Positions 1-13,160 of a stretch of DNA of 64,000 bases are shown in pieces. This DNA comes from the human T2T-CHM13v2.0 reference genome, Homo sapiens. The position numbers were made by a program, and so were the translations under genes. Below the pieces are notes generated by a model. That model was not told the DNA's origin. It searched no databases and saw only the letters and a program-made list of their open reading frames with translations. Every line of letters starts with the position of its first letter. Position 1 is the stretch's first letter. The stretch is taken from the NCBI RefSeq assembly GCF_009914755.1, contig NC_060940.1, one strand, 5' to 3'.

Positions 1-1029
1 GTTCTGTTTCAAGGGGCTCTGCAAAGTATACTTGCTGTCTGTACATTTCCACTGTGAAAACTCCTTGAAATCATGTAGACAAATGAAAGCTAAACATCAA
101 ATAAATAACCTAAACTGGTAATACTCCCATTTGGCTCTCCTTGTGTCTTTTCATGTGGGTTAGCTCTTCAACCAGATTCAGCATATAAATTGAGTATGTA
201 TGGTTATATGGTGACTTTCAAAAGTAAATACTTTTTCTGTGGAACAAAAGAGATGGATTTGTGGTTTTCCAGGATTCCTTTTCCCTGACTTGGTAGAAAG
301 ATAGCCAGGCATAGCTCAGCAGACCTGAAAATAGGTGAGCTGTCAAGGTGTTGGCAGGGAGAGGCTCCTCTGGGTGGGACTTGGGGCATCCTACCAGCGA
401 AAAAGAGACTAAGTTTAAGTGATTTCACATTTGGGCTTTACTTACTATAATTGCTGAAGTGCTAAATTGAGTGTGACAAATCTAACAGGTAATTGCCAAG
501 TAGGTTTCATTACCAGTCATTGCATAGATAAATGATGTTCCTTATGTTAAAAAATAAAACCAAACTAAAGAAAAAAAATTGGACTATATTTGGAGTTAGA
601 ATTCAGATATTGCAGATATGTTCATATACATCAAAGCTGTTTCAATGTGTCAACGAACTCAGTTCATTTACCTCTGCCAAGGTGGTATAGTGTATGTGGG
701 AGTGCAGAGTGGGGGAAAGTGAGGAGGGGTTGTGATTTATGAGAAACTGTAAAAGAGGTTAGAATTGGGAAACAAGTTTTTTTCTTAGAGGAGTGGCAAA
801 TAGTAAGTAGCATTTGGACCTCACTCAGCTCTAATAGTTAAAGCTAAGCTTTTTGACATTATCATTATATATTAATAATATATATGTGTGACCAGCCTCA
901 ATAGATTTTATTCATTAGTAACTTGGTTGATTTAATGAAAATAGTTTTAAAAGGCATACTGAAGCACAGTAAAACCTAAGGCTCACATCACTGTCTGGGG
1001 AGTCAGTGAGGAACAGGGCAGAGTGCCAG

Positions 1030-1960
<931 letters not shown>

Positions 1961-2414
1961 AAGTTGATACACTGCCCCTACCCCATGCAAACACACACTT
2001 TCTTTTCTTATGATGACCTTTCTTTAAAAGCATTTGTTGGAATATGAGATTATAGGCCATAAGTGAGAAAACAACTCTTTTTGAGCTGTGAGGAATACTA
2101 GGAGAGGAGAAAGTGAGCTGTGTGTGCTGCCCATGGTGGTACGCTGCTATGGTTCTACAGTTCCAGTCATTTTTGACAGCATGGATTCAATGCAAAATGG
2201 CAACACACACTCTGTATCTTTTGGCAGATCAGAACATAATGAAAATAAAATAAAAAAATTCAAAACTGGCTCTTGAATGAAATAGGATTCAGAAGAGATG
2301 ATCTCAAATCTACTTTATGAGATAATGTCCTTTTTAAAAATAAACACTAACATCAGTTATGCATTTAGAATGTCTGAATTATTATTCTAGGTTCCTTGCG
2401 ACTGCTGTGAATTT

Positions 2415-2415
2415 T
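2415..2415 (+). other. Site of GWAS SNP rs9939609, T (non-risk) allele
   Basis: The flank GGTTCCTTGCGACTGCTGTGAATTT[T]GTGATGCACTTGGATAG matches the rs9939609 context as recalled. Confidence 0.9.
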
Positions 2416-2629
2416 GTGATGCACTTGGATAGTCTCTGTTACTCTAAAGTTTTAATAGGTAACAGTCAGAAATGGAGTGGGAGAGCATAAAAGCAAACTG
2501 AAATGCAAATAGCTGGTACCCTGAAGCCATTAACTTTAAGCTGGTTATTCCTGACCTACTGTTTGGACATAAGATGGTAGAGAGGCTGAGTGTGACTTGA
2601 ACATTTGTTCCTTAGAAACACCATCCTTG

Positions 2630-2988
<359 letters not shown>

Positions 2989-3184
2989 CTAGGGCAGCAG
3001 CGTTTGCTTTACAACTTCTATGTCTTGGTGGGAGTAGCACTATCTATCACCTTATGGGCCAAAGGGAAAAAGTCCAGTGAAAATGGCTCTGATGTTGTTG
3101 GAAGTGGGAAAGCAGGTTAATAGGTTCTTCTTAATGGAAAATGCAGCCAATATTGGCCAACTTACTTTGATTTCGGTAGTCATA

Positions 3185-3300
3185 ACACCACCCTGGAAGG
3201 CACCCTAGATAGAGGTCACTTGCTACCACTCATTTTACAGATCAGGATACTAAGGATTTTCCTGATTTTAAGCATTAAGTATGGATATCCCTGTTGGTTG
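3185..3300 (+). mobile_element. MIR fragment
   Basis: Core cattttacagatcaggatactaagg. Confidence 0.5.
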
Positions 3301-4000
3301 AAGTTAAATTGGTCAACTAGAATTTAAAAGCAAAAATTAAAAAAAAATTATTTTGTATTAGGTTTCAAAGGAATTGTTGTCAGTAGGAGAAGCCTGATTG
3401 TTCCTTTTACGCTGACTCATACAGTTTCAGCAGATTACATTTGAGGCCTAATGTTGAAATCTCATCTGTAAGTCTGGTATATCTAACTAATCATATAAAC
3501 ATCTTTCATCTTAGACTGTGTAGCATGTCCCTAGTAGACCAGGTGGGCCAAATGACATTATAGTTAAATCAAGCCAATAAATATATGAGAAAGAAGGCAA
3601 ATGAGCGTAGACTCCATAGTGAATGATGGAGGTTCCGACGAGTCAAAGACACTGAACTATTCATTGCTATTGGTTTATGGAAGAGCAAACCCAGATATGT
3701 GTTATGCTGATTCTGTGTGATTGGCTACTTCCAGGATTGACCCTGTTCTCCTGTCCTGCTCAAGTCTCCTTCCTTCACTTAACCATATATTGTGGGTACT
3801 CAGAAATGCCATGCTTTTGTTTAGAGTAGCAGGATTGGTGTTGAAGATCAACAAGAAAAAGCAAAATGGGCTTGTCTGTCCCATCAAGTGATGTGCTGTC
3901 AACATATGTAGAATATGTGCCCTGAATTAGGAGAAAAAAGTAGAGATTCCTGAGTTTAGGAAATTATAATCTGATGCATCTTCTTCAGACTCAAGCCTTA

Positions 4001-4445
<445 letters not shown>

Positions 4446-5544
4446 CTATCTCCATTATCTCCTAGCTTTTTGGAAAATATTTAGTACTGGCATTTCTTCT
4501 TCACTGATTTTTCATTCTACCTGTCTTTAGTATCATAGGGGTAGTTACCTCAGCGGGGGTAGGGAGACCTTGGGTGTCTCTTACTTGTACATACTCTGTC
4601 CTCTATAAGTAAGTGTGTAAATACACTGTATTTTCCCATTCAGACATATTGTGTAAGTAATAGGAACCAGGTGTTTGAATAAATTAACCAAGTGCCAAAT
4701 TTCATTTTGGAAATGAAATATTTTAGTTTAAGACTCTAGGACATTTATAAAGCTGAAATACATTGCAAAGTGATGAAAGCTTTCTTAAATTCTGTTATAG
4801 TCATGCACCTTAAAATTATTCATTGTTACTTATAGTTATTATCTGTCTGTATATGCTCATCTACATATGTAAAACATGAAGATATTCTCTCAAGTGAGGA
4901 CTTCATGTGCCAGATTTTTCAGCCTGGATTGAATTTTATGGATGAGAGAGATACCCTGGAAATGGAACCATTGGCATAACCTTGTGTCTAATATAATAAC
5001 AGAGCTCTAATGAACTGCAACATGAGCTCAGATCTGCAAAATATTCAGAGGATATAGGCAAAGAGCAGTTTTTTCCTCCTTATGAGCTAGGTTGTTCTCC
5101 AAAAGCAACAAGTACTACTTGTCTTTTCAGAGCGCTGTCATGGAGCTGTAAGTCTCTTTGTGGTTTAGACTTAATGTGAGTAAGATTCCTCTGCATTCTC
5201 AGCCTAGAAAAACTTGACCGTTCTCTTGGAATTTGGTGAAAGTTTCCTAACTTTGAAGCTAGAGAATACTCTCATTTCAGATTAGGCAATTATTAACATT
5301 TTTTTCTGTTCTAATTTCATGATGCCAAAAAATCATGTATGGTTGATCTATTTGGAGAACAATATGTAGCCTCAGACACTTAAGATCATATGTAGTTTAG
5401 AAATAATGTCAATTGCATATGAATGTTTTGATGTTTTTCCCCCAGCCTTTCTGAATTTTTTGATTTCTTCAAATTGTACCTGGTTTTTTATTTTTGTTTC
5501 TGTTTTTGTTTTTGACTTTCACATAAACTGTTTATAGTGTCTGG

Positions 5545-5865
5545 AACATACATATATATATATATATATATACACACACATATATGTATGTATGTATACA
5601 TGTATACATGTATATAAACATGTATATGTAGGTATATTCCAGACAAATTATATAAATGTATGTATATATACAAATTATATATATACATATACGTATATAC
5701 ACAAAAATTATAACACAAATTATATATACACATATTTTGTACATATACAAATATATAATATGTTTGTGTATGTATAGTTATATATACACATAAATATTTT
5801 GTATTTTGTATATATGTATACATATACATTTTGTAATATATATGTATATATTACTATATATATTT
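5545..5865. repeat. Compound (TA)n/(TATG)n/(CA)n AT-rich simple repeat
   Basis: About 320 bp of degenerate alternating purine-pyrimidine repeats at the 3' end of the adjacent L1. It produces the spurious Y/I/M-rich ORFs. Confidence 0.95.
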
Positions 5866-6165
5866 TTAATTGTAAAATACACATAGGATAAAATTTATAA
5901 TTTTAGTCCTTAGCCATTTTTTTAACCATTTAACAAGTGGTATTAAGTTCATCCTCATTATTGTGGAACCCATCACCACTATCCATCTTCAAAACTTTTC
6001 CAGCAGCCCATACTGAAACTGTACCAATTAAACAATAACTCCTTGTTTCTAGCTTCCCCCAGCCCCTGGCAACCACCATTCTATTTTCTGTCTCTACAAA
6101 TTCAACTATTTCAGGTAACACATATAAGTAGAATCATACAGTATTTGTCCTTTTGTGGCTGGCTA
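5865..6165 (-). mobile_element. L1MB-like 3' end
   Basis: Typical L1M 3'UTR sequence ccagcccctggcaaccaccattctattttctgtctct...agtagaatcatacagtatttgtcc. Confidence 0.85.
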
Positions 6166-6199
6166 GTGACGACATTAAGATTAAAATCAGGAGAAACAG

Positions 6200-6364
6200 G
6201 GTGGGCATGTTGGCTCACACCTGTAATCCCAGCACTTTGGGAGCCTGAGGCAGGAGGATTGCTTGAGCCTAGGAGTTTGAGACCAGCCTGGGCAACAGAG
6301 TAAGACCCCCATCTCTATAAAGAAAACAAAACCAAAATAAAGCAAAAAAAAAAAAAAAAAAAAA
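6200..6364 (+). mobile_element. Free left Alu monomer (FLAM/AluJ)
   Basis: Single arm plus A tail, with TSD aggagaaacag. Confidence 0.9.
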
Positions 6365-6610
6365 AGGAGAAACAGATTTAAGACAGTCAGGAAAGAAAAA
6401 TATTGACTTTGATTTTGGTCTTATTGAATCTTAGGTGCTGGCAGGTGAGGACTTTCATGTTGTAATATCCTGAAGACAGTTTCAAATATAGGTTTGGAAT
6501 GGAGATGAGGACTTCAGAGTTATCGGTAATGAACTCATTTTAAGAAGATGAGATTGCCTAAAGGAAGAATGTTTTGTAGAGTTAGAAGAGTGGGATTTAC
6601 CTGATGATCT

Positions 6611-7034
6611 TAGGAATTCTGGACATTTATCTTAAATTGCTCTTTAGGAAGTTTAGTAGAAAAAGAAAGGATGCAGATAGTGTCTGCTATTAAAGGCAGA
6701 GGAAGAAAGACCTGAAACAGAGACAGAGAAGAAGGGAGCTTAGGTTATAGGAATAAAAGGGAGAGGATGTCATAGAAACGAAGGGAAATGAGGATTTTGA
6801 GAAAGAGATGCAAGTGACTGTGCCCAGTGTTTCCCTAATGACCAAGAGGATAGTTCTGGGTTTTAGCAAGTATGAGTTGGCCATTGGCCTTGGGAAGAAT
6901 AGTTTCAGCAGAATGGTAGTGGTTGAAGCCAGATCCTCATAGGGGTTAGGGCCAAAAGAAACAGTAGGAATTCTAGGCATTTATCTGAAATTGCTCTTTA
7001 GGAAGTTTGGTGGGGAAAGAAAGGATGCAGATAG
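6611..7034 (+). repeat. 70-bp direct repeat (6611-6680 and 6965-7034), 63/70 identical, within L2-like relic
   Basis: taggaattct..catttatct.aaattgctctttaggaagttt.gt.g..aaagaaaggatgcagatag occurs twice, 354 bp apart. Confidence 0.9.
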
Positions 7035-7037
7035 GGA

Positions 7038-7140
7038 ATCTCAGGCACATAGAGGTTAAGTAACTTGCTCAAGGTCACACAGTAACCTTAAGTAGGCAGG
7101 ATAAGCTCTGGTTCTGGAGCTGGTGCTCTTCATCATTATT
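7038..7140 (+). mobile_element. MIR
   Basis: agaggttaagtaacttgctcaaggtcacacag. Confidence 0.8.
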
Positions 7141-7556
7141 TTAGGCTGTACTCTCCCACCTTTTTTTCTTTGTGGTTGTAGGTGGTTGTAGGCTACTTAA
7201 AGAGATACCTATACACCTGCAGTTAAAATCCAAGTAACTCAGTGGAGAGCCTGGTCCTTCGTTATTATGTCTCAGATTGAAGTTTTATATTTTACAGCAT
7301 GATGAAATTACATATATGATGGTTAGGTTAGGTTGCAAGTCTTGGAATATATGCAGAGGAATAACTTTATTACAATGACTATTTACTTTTTATAAGACAA
7401 TCCAGCAATGGTAATTTTTCATTAGTGATATAATTGCAAGAGGAAACTTGAGAACAGAAAATGGACATATTGAAATAAGATTAAATACATGCTGATGAAG
7501 TTACAGAGTTTTATGCAACGTTTCAATCAAGAAAGCATGATAATAAAGCGTGTATA

Positions 7557-7945
<389 letters not shown>

Positions 7946-9436
7946 TTATAAACCTCTAAAATAGTTACTAAATAAGTTATTCTTTTAGGTATTTTTCTTT
8001 CACTTTTCATCGCTATTAGGCAAAACTGATAGTCGATGTAGCTGTGTCAGTAGCTAAGGGATTTTTGTTGTTGTTGTTAAACTAACATGTCATATCTTGT
8101 ATAATTCAGCTGTGACTATACAGGGGAAAGTATTTAATGTCTGATGATTATACAGCCTGTGCTTTGGAAACAGCCGAAAGCCAGACAGCGACAGTAGAGG
8201 GCAAAGGATTATTAAATGGATAGTCACTGAGGTCACTTATAGTGACTTTACTGCAACACCGTGTGCATCTCCTTTCCCATGGCAGGTTGTTTGATCATGG
8301 CTTAATGGCTAAAGCTTTGTAAAATTATAAAAAAAGCCAGAAATCCTGCTGATCTCAAGTGTTATTTACAGTTGGATGCTTGGCAGGAAAGTGCTAAGTC
8401 TGATCATACTAATGCTAAGTCAGGCAGAACACGTGGTGAAATCTCATGGAGCTCTATCCTCTGAACCTTGAGAAGACTACCAAAGTATAAGATTTCAGGG
8501 TGGAAAGTATGCTGCAATATGATTGAGAGAATTTGGCTTTTTCATCTGAACAGGTGTGGCCAAGTGGAGGAGTTTCTCCTCTTGGAAATGTCAAGGGGTG
8601 TATCATTAGGTCCTTGGAGCTAGAATGTAGGTAGAATGGCAAGGAAGGAATTTTAATTAGTTCTGTTATCTTTCTTTTATGGTTTGGAATGGTATTTTCT
8701 TTGGTCATCTATTCACTTACAAAATTATGGACAGTATTTGATTGTGAGGAAGAATCTTGGGTAAGTGTTATCTTTGTTTTCAGTAGAATTACTTGGAGCT
8801 GGCTCAAGGAAATTATATTAGTAGTTTGCAAGTGAGTTACAGCTAATGGAGTCAAAAGAAGTTTGAAAAGGGTCAAAAGAAGTTAGAATTGTTCCATCTG
8901 AGTCTTTGGCCCTTAGTAAAGGATCCAGCATTTTGTTTTGTTTTTGCTTATGTCTTTGATATTAATATATTTTTCAGAATATTATAAACCACCCTTCCCC
9001 AAAGTTTTATTTCCGCAATCACTCCCTAATCTTTATTTCTTTTTTGCTTCGCATCATATACATTTTTCTCTTCAGGACACCTTCTTTTCCCTTTTGAAAC
9101 TTGGACTATGTTCTTAAAATTGACGATTATAGGTAAGAAGACCAAGTTTGTGAGACAAATAGAATTTGATATTCAAATTATCTGAAGAACTGAAGTACAT
9201 TATTTTGTACTTGTTTTTATTTATTAAAAAAAATTTCCCTTGGAAAAGAAATTGGTGAGATTAAGGAATGCTATAGCTAACTTTGTAGGATATTTGGAAA
9301 ACTATGAGTTATAGTGAAAGGTGCTGTCTTAGGGAGTACATTTTAAAAGTGCTAGAAAATATAATATTACAGCTTGAATCAAGAGAAGTGAACTCTGCTA
9401 GGGACTAAGTACTTTGTTAGAAAGGTGCTCATAATA

Positions 9437-9529
9437 GAATGGCGTGAACGCGGGAGACGGAGCTTTCAGTGAGCCGAGAGCGAGACTCCGTCTCAAAACA
9501 AACAAACAAACAAACAAACAAAAATAAAA
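9437..9529 (+). mobile_element. Severely 5'-truncated, internally deleted AluY right arm with (AAAC)n tail
   Basis: gaatggcgtgaac...gagccgaga/gcgagactccgtctc; 19-bp TSD tagaaaggtgctcataata at 9418-9436 and 9530-9548. Confidence 0.9.
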
Positions 9530-9639
9530 TAGAAAGGTGCTCATAATAAAATGAGAAATAAAAAAAATTCTAACTGATCAAATGGGACAAAACCCAGATT
9601 CACGGTCTTTATATGCAAATAAAGTATAGATTCTTAGAT

Positions 9640-9995
9640 TCAGAACAGTAAAAGAAAAATACCTAGAAAACAATAAACAAAAGGCATGAACAGGCATTTC
9701 ACAAAAGAGCTACTGCAAAGTCACAAACATATTAAAAGTTACTCATCCTAACTAACAATCAAATAAATGTAAATTAGAGCAAGCAAACTTGTTTTTCCAT
9801 TTATGAACTTGCCAAAGATTTAAAAGTTTGATAATAATGAATGTTTGAGTATATGAAGAACTGGGTATTATTTGTTGATGGACATGTACCATAGCATTTT
9901 TCTGGAGCGTAATTTCACAATGTGAATCAGAAGTCTTAATAGTGCATACGTTTTGACCTAGTGAATCTCCTGCTAAGACTTTTTATCCTAAAGAA
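9640..9995 (+). mobile_element. Old L1M(E) ORF2/3' fragment
   Basis: aaggcatgaacaggcatttcacaaaag...ttttgacctagtgaatctcctgctaagactttttatcctaaagaa. Confidence 0.7.
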
Positions 9996-11117
9996 GTCAT
10001 CTGTGCCTTCTTGTCAAGATGGTACTGTAAGCTCACAGTTTGTACATACCTTCTGCTCTAAATTCATAGGAATGGCAGATATAATGCATTAAAAGAATTA
10101 AAGAAAAAAGTCGTAGCTGGGCTTACAGACAAGATAGTGTTGTAGACCCGAAAGCTAACTAAACATAAAGGGCTAGTAAGCTGGATTGAAGCGATGGTGC
10201 TGCAGAGGCTCTGGATGGAGAAACAGAAAGCTAGATTTAGCTCCCATAGAGTGCTAGGACTGAAAGTTTACCACTTGAAATGGGACCATAACTAAGCTCA
10301 CTGCTTAAAGCCAGGGGCAGGGATGAAGTTGTCAATCCTATAAAAGGAAACTAAATAAAGGCTCCACATGGAGGCTCCAGTTTATATGGAGCTGTGGGTC
10401 TTGAGGGGCAGGAGGAGATAGATTCAATTTCAAGAATAGCAACTGAATCAGGCTGACTGTGAGGAGACAATAATGAGAAAATGTGGTGTTCCATGTTACA
10501 ATTATGAGGTTTGGTCCTGGACAGTAGCACAGGGATCCTGGTGGAGGCAGCTGCAGAAACACTATGGAGGGAAAGGTGAGCACAGGTGGAGAGAAAGGGG
10601 AGTGAGAGAAGCAAAGAAGAAAAGCCTTTCACTTAGAATTAGCCTTCAAAATGCAATACCAAAATACTGGAAGAAAATAAATACCAAGAAAGATAGCTAA
10701 CAAAATCAACAATGAGAACAAAAATTTATCCCAGATGAGATGAATTTTTACAGAAAAGTCAGTCAAAAATTAAAAGAATCATGTTCAGAATACTCAAGGG
10801 GATAAATAAAGGCATTACATTGATGAAAAATGATGTTTAAAAATACTCCCAAGATATGCAGAAATGGAAGAGGAACAACGACATGAAAAAGAACCAGTTA
10901 CAAATTTTGGAAATGAAAAATATGGTCATAGAAATAATAAACTTAATAGAGGGGATGGACTTTAGACCTCACACAATTAAAAAGAGAATTGATGAATTAG
11001 AAGAGAATACTAAGGAATTCATTCAGAATGTATCATAAAGAGACAAAAGATTTTTTAAAAGGCATTTAGGAGATTTGAAGGATAGATGGAGTTCCAACAT
11101 ATGTCTAATAAGAGAAC

Positions 11118-11372
11118 ACAGCCTTGAACTTTTGGCCTCAAGTGATCTTCCTGCCTCAGCCTCCTGAGTAGCTGGGACTACAGGCACATGACACCAGACC
11201 CTGCTAATACATTTGTGTGTGTGTGTGTGTGCGTGCGTGTGTGTGTGTGTAGAGACCAGATTCTCGCGATGTTGCCCAGGCTGGTCTCAAACTCCTAGGC
11301 TCAAGCCATCCACCTGAGGTCTCAGCCTCCCACAAGTGTTGGGATTACAGGCATGAGCCTCTATACCTGGCC
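11118..11372 (-). mobile_element. AluJ-like, partial, with (TG)n in the central linker (11215-11250)
   Basis: Antisense Alu arms separated by a TG microsatellite. Confidence 0.9.
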
Positions 11373-11786
11373 AAGAAGCAAAATGTAAAGAGCCAAGAAT
11401 TGAGAATTTTCCTATTTAAAGAATGATGAGTTTAGATATATTGAGTAGTATCATCATGTTGACGTTGTAGAATTTAAGGGATATAGAGGAAAAAACATTT
11501 TTGAGATACAAAACAAAAAAATGCCAATTACCTACGAAAGAAAGATTAGCAACAATAGATGCTAGAAGACAGGAGAATAATATACTAATATATTCAAAAT
11601 GCTAAGGGGAAGTTATAGTTAATTTTGATTTTTAAACCCAGTTAGTCTTTGATTCAAAAGTGAAGGAAAAATACAGATACTTTCAGATATAAAGAAAGAC
11701 CAAGAGAGTTACCATCCATGGAATCTCACCAGGGAAACTGTTAAATGCTGCTCTTTAGCAAGAAGAAAAGTGAAACCAGAAGTAAG

Positions 11787-12107
11787 GTTTTGTTTTTTTT
11801 CTTTCTTTCTTTCTTTTTTTTTTTTTTTTGGAGACGGAGTCTCACTCTGTTGTGTAGGCTGGAGTGCAATGGCGCAATGCTGACTGCAACCTCCGCCTCC
11901 CAGGTTCAAGTGATTCTCCTGCCTCAGCCTCCCGAGTAGCTGGGATTACAGACATGTGCCACCATGCCCAGCTAATTTTGAATTTTTAGTAGAGATGGGG
12001 TTTTGCAATGTCGGCCAGGCTAATCTGGAACTCCTGACCTCAGGTGATCTGCCCGCATTGGCCTCCCAAAGTGCCGGGACTGTAGGAGCGAGCCACTGCT
12101 CCTGGCC
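11787..12107 (-). mobile_element. AluS
   Basis: Antisense full dimer with T-rich tail. Confidence 0.95.
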
Positions 12108-12316
12108 TAGTTTTTAATTAAAACAAGTGAACAAACAAAGGTGGGCATAGAGATTGATAAAGTGTATTGGAAAATTCACTAAGTTATTGGTTTAAATACT
12201 ACTTTTTGTTCTAAAATGAATATAAAGCTAAAACTCTGGAGAATGATGAGAATGTAAGAAGGGAGAAGTAAATTATGTGTGATCCAATATTAGGGACACA
12301 AAAAGGGACATACTAC

Positions 12317-12317
12317 A
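12317..12317 (+). other. Probable site of rs9930506, A (non-risk) allele
   Basis: The flank GGGACATACTAC[A]TGAATTACTAATATC matches the recalled context, and the spacing from rs9939609 is consistent. Confidence 0.75.
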
Positions 12318-12844
12318 TGAATTACTAATATCTAAGAAAATATGATACATTTGAGAACTTAGATGAAGTTGATACATACCTAGAAAGATAGGCATTACTT
12401 AAATTGCTTCAAGAAGTAGAAAATCTGAATAAAACAATGAACGAAATTGAATGATAATGAAAAGTCCATCTGTCAAATGACAGCAGGCCCAGTTTTATAG
12501 GCACGTTAAACCAAATTTAAGTAATCCTTACTTACTCTTCTTCCCTTTTTAAAGAGTTTTATTGGGGTATAATTGATATAGAATAAACTGCACATATTTA
12601 AAGTTTTGACATACGTATATACTGGTTAAACCACCAAAATCAAGATTAGGAGACATGTTCATTATCACTCCTAATTTGTGTCCCTCAGAAATCCTTTTCT
12701 CCTTCTCTCCCCTAGTGGTTCTGGGCAGGTACTAATCTGCTTTCTGTCACTATTGACTAGTTGGCATTTTCTCGAATTTTGCATAAATGGAATCAATCAA
12801 ACAGTATGTGCTTTTGCACTCGCTCTCTCTTTCTCTCTCCCTTT

Positions 12845-13160
12845 TAAAAAATAGATTCTGGTTTTTTAGAGTAGGTTTAGGTTCTGGCAAAATTGTGAGA
12901 CAGGCACAGAGATTTCCCATATACTCCCTACCTCCACACATGCTCTGTTACACACACTCCACTATTATCAATATCTGCCATTAGAGTGGTACATCTGCTA
13001 CACATCATTATCACCTAATGTCCATAAGTTTAATAAACCATTAGGGTTTACTTTTGGTGGTATATATTGTTGCTTGGGACAAATGTATAGTGACATGTAC
13101 TTACCACTGTGTTATAGTATCACACAAAGCAGTTTCACTGCCCTAAAGATTCTCTGCACT
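12845..13160 (-). mobile_element. L1MC-like 3' end nested in the older L1
   Basis: ttttagagtaggtttaggttc...acagagatttcccatatactccc...gtttcactgccctaaa. Confidence 0.65.

Larger units (their letters stand above)
10640..12530 (+). mobile_element. Ancient L1M/HAL1 ORF1-ORF2 remnants
   Basis: ORF 10856..11038 (KKNQLQILEMKNMVIEI...KRIDELEE) resembles the L1 ORF1 coiled coil. 12340-12530 resembles the ORF2 NLDEMDKFLE region. Confidence 0.7.

Noticed and set aside
5488-5829. Y/I/M/C-rich ORFs
   Set aside because: Products of the (TA)n simple repeat.
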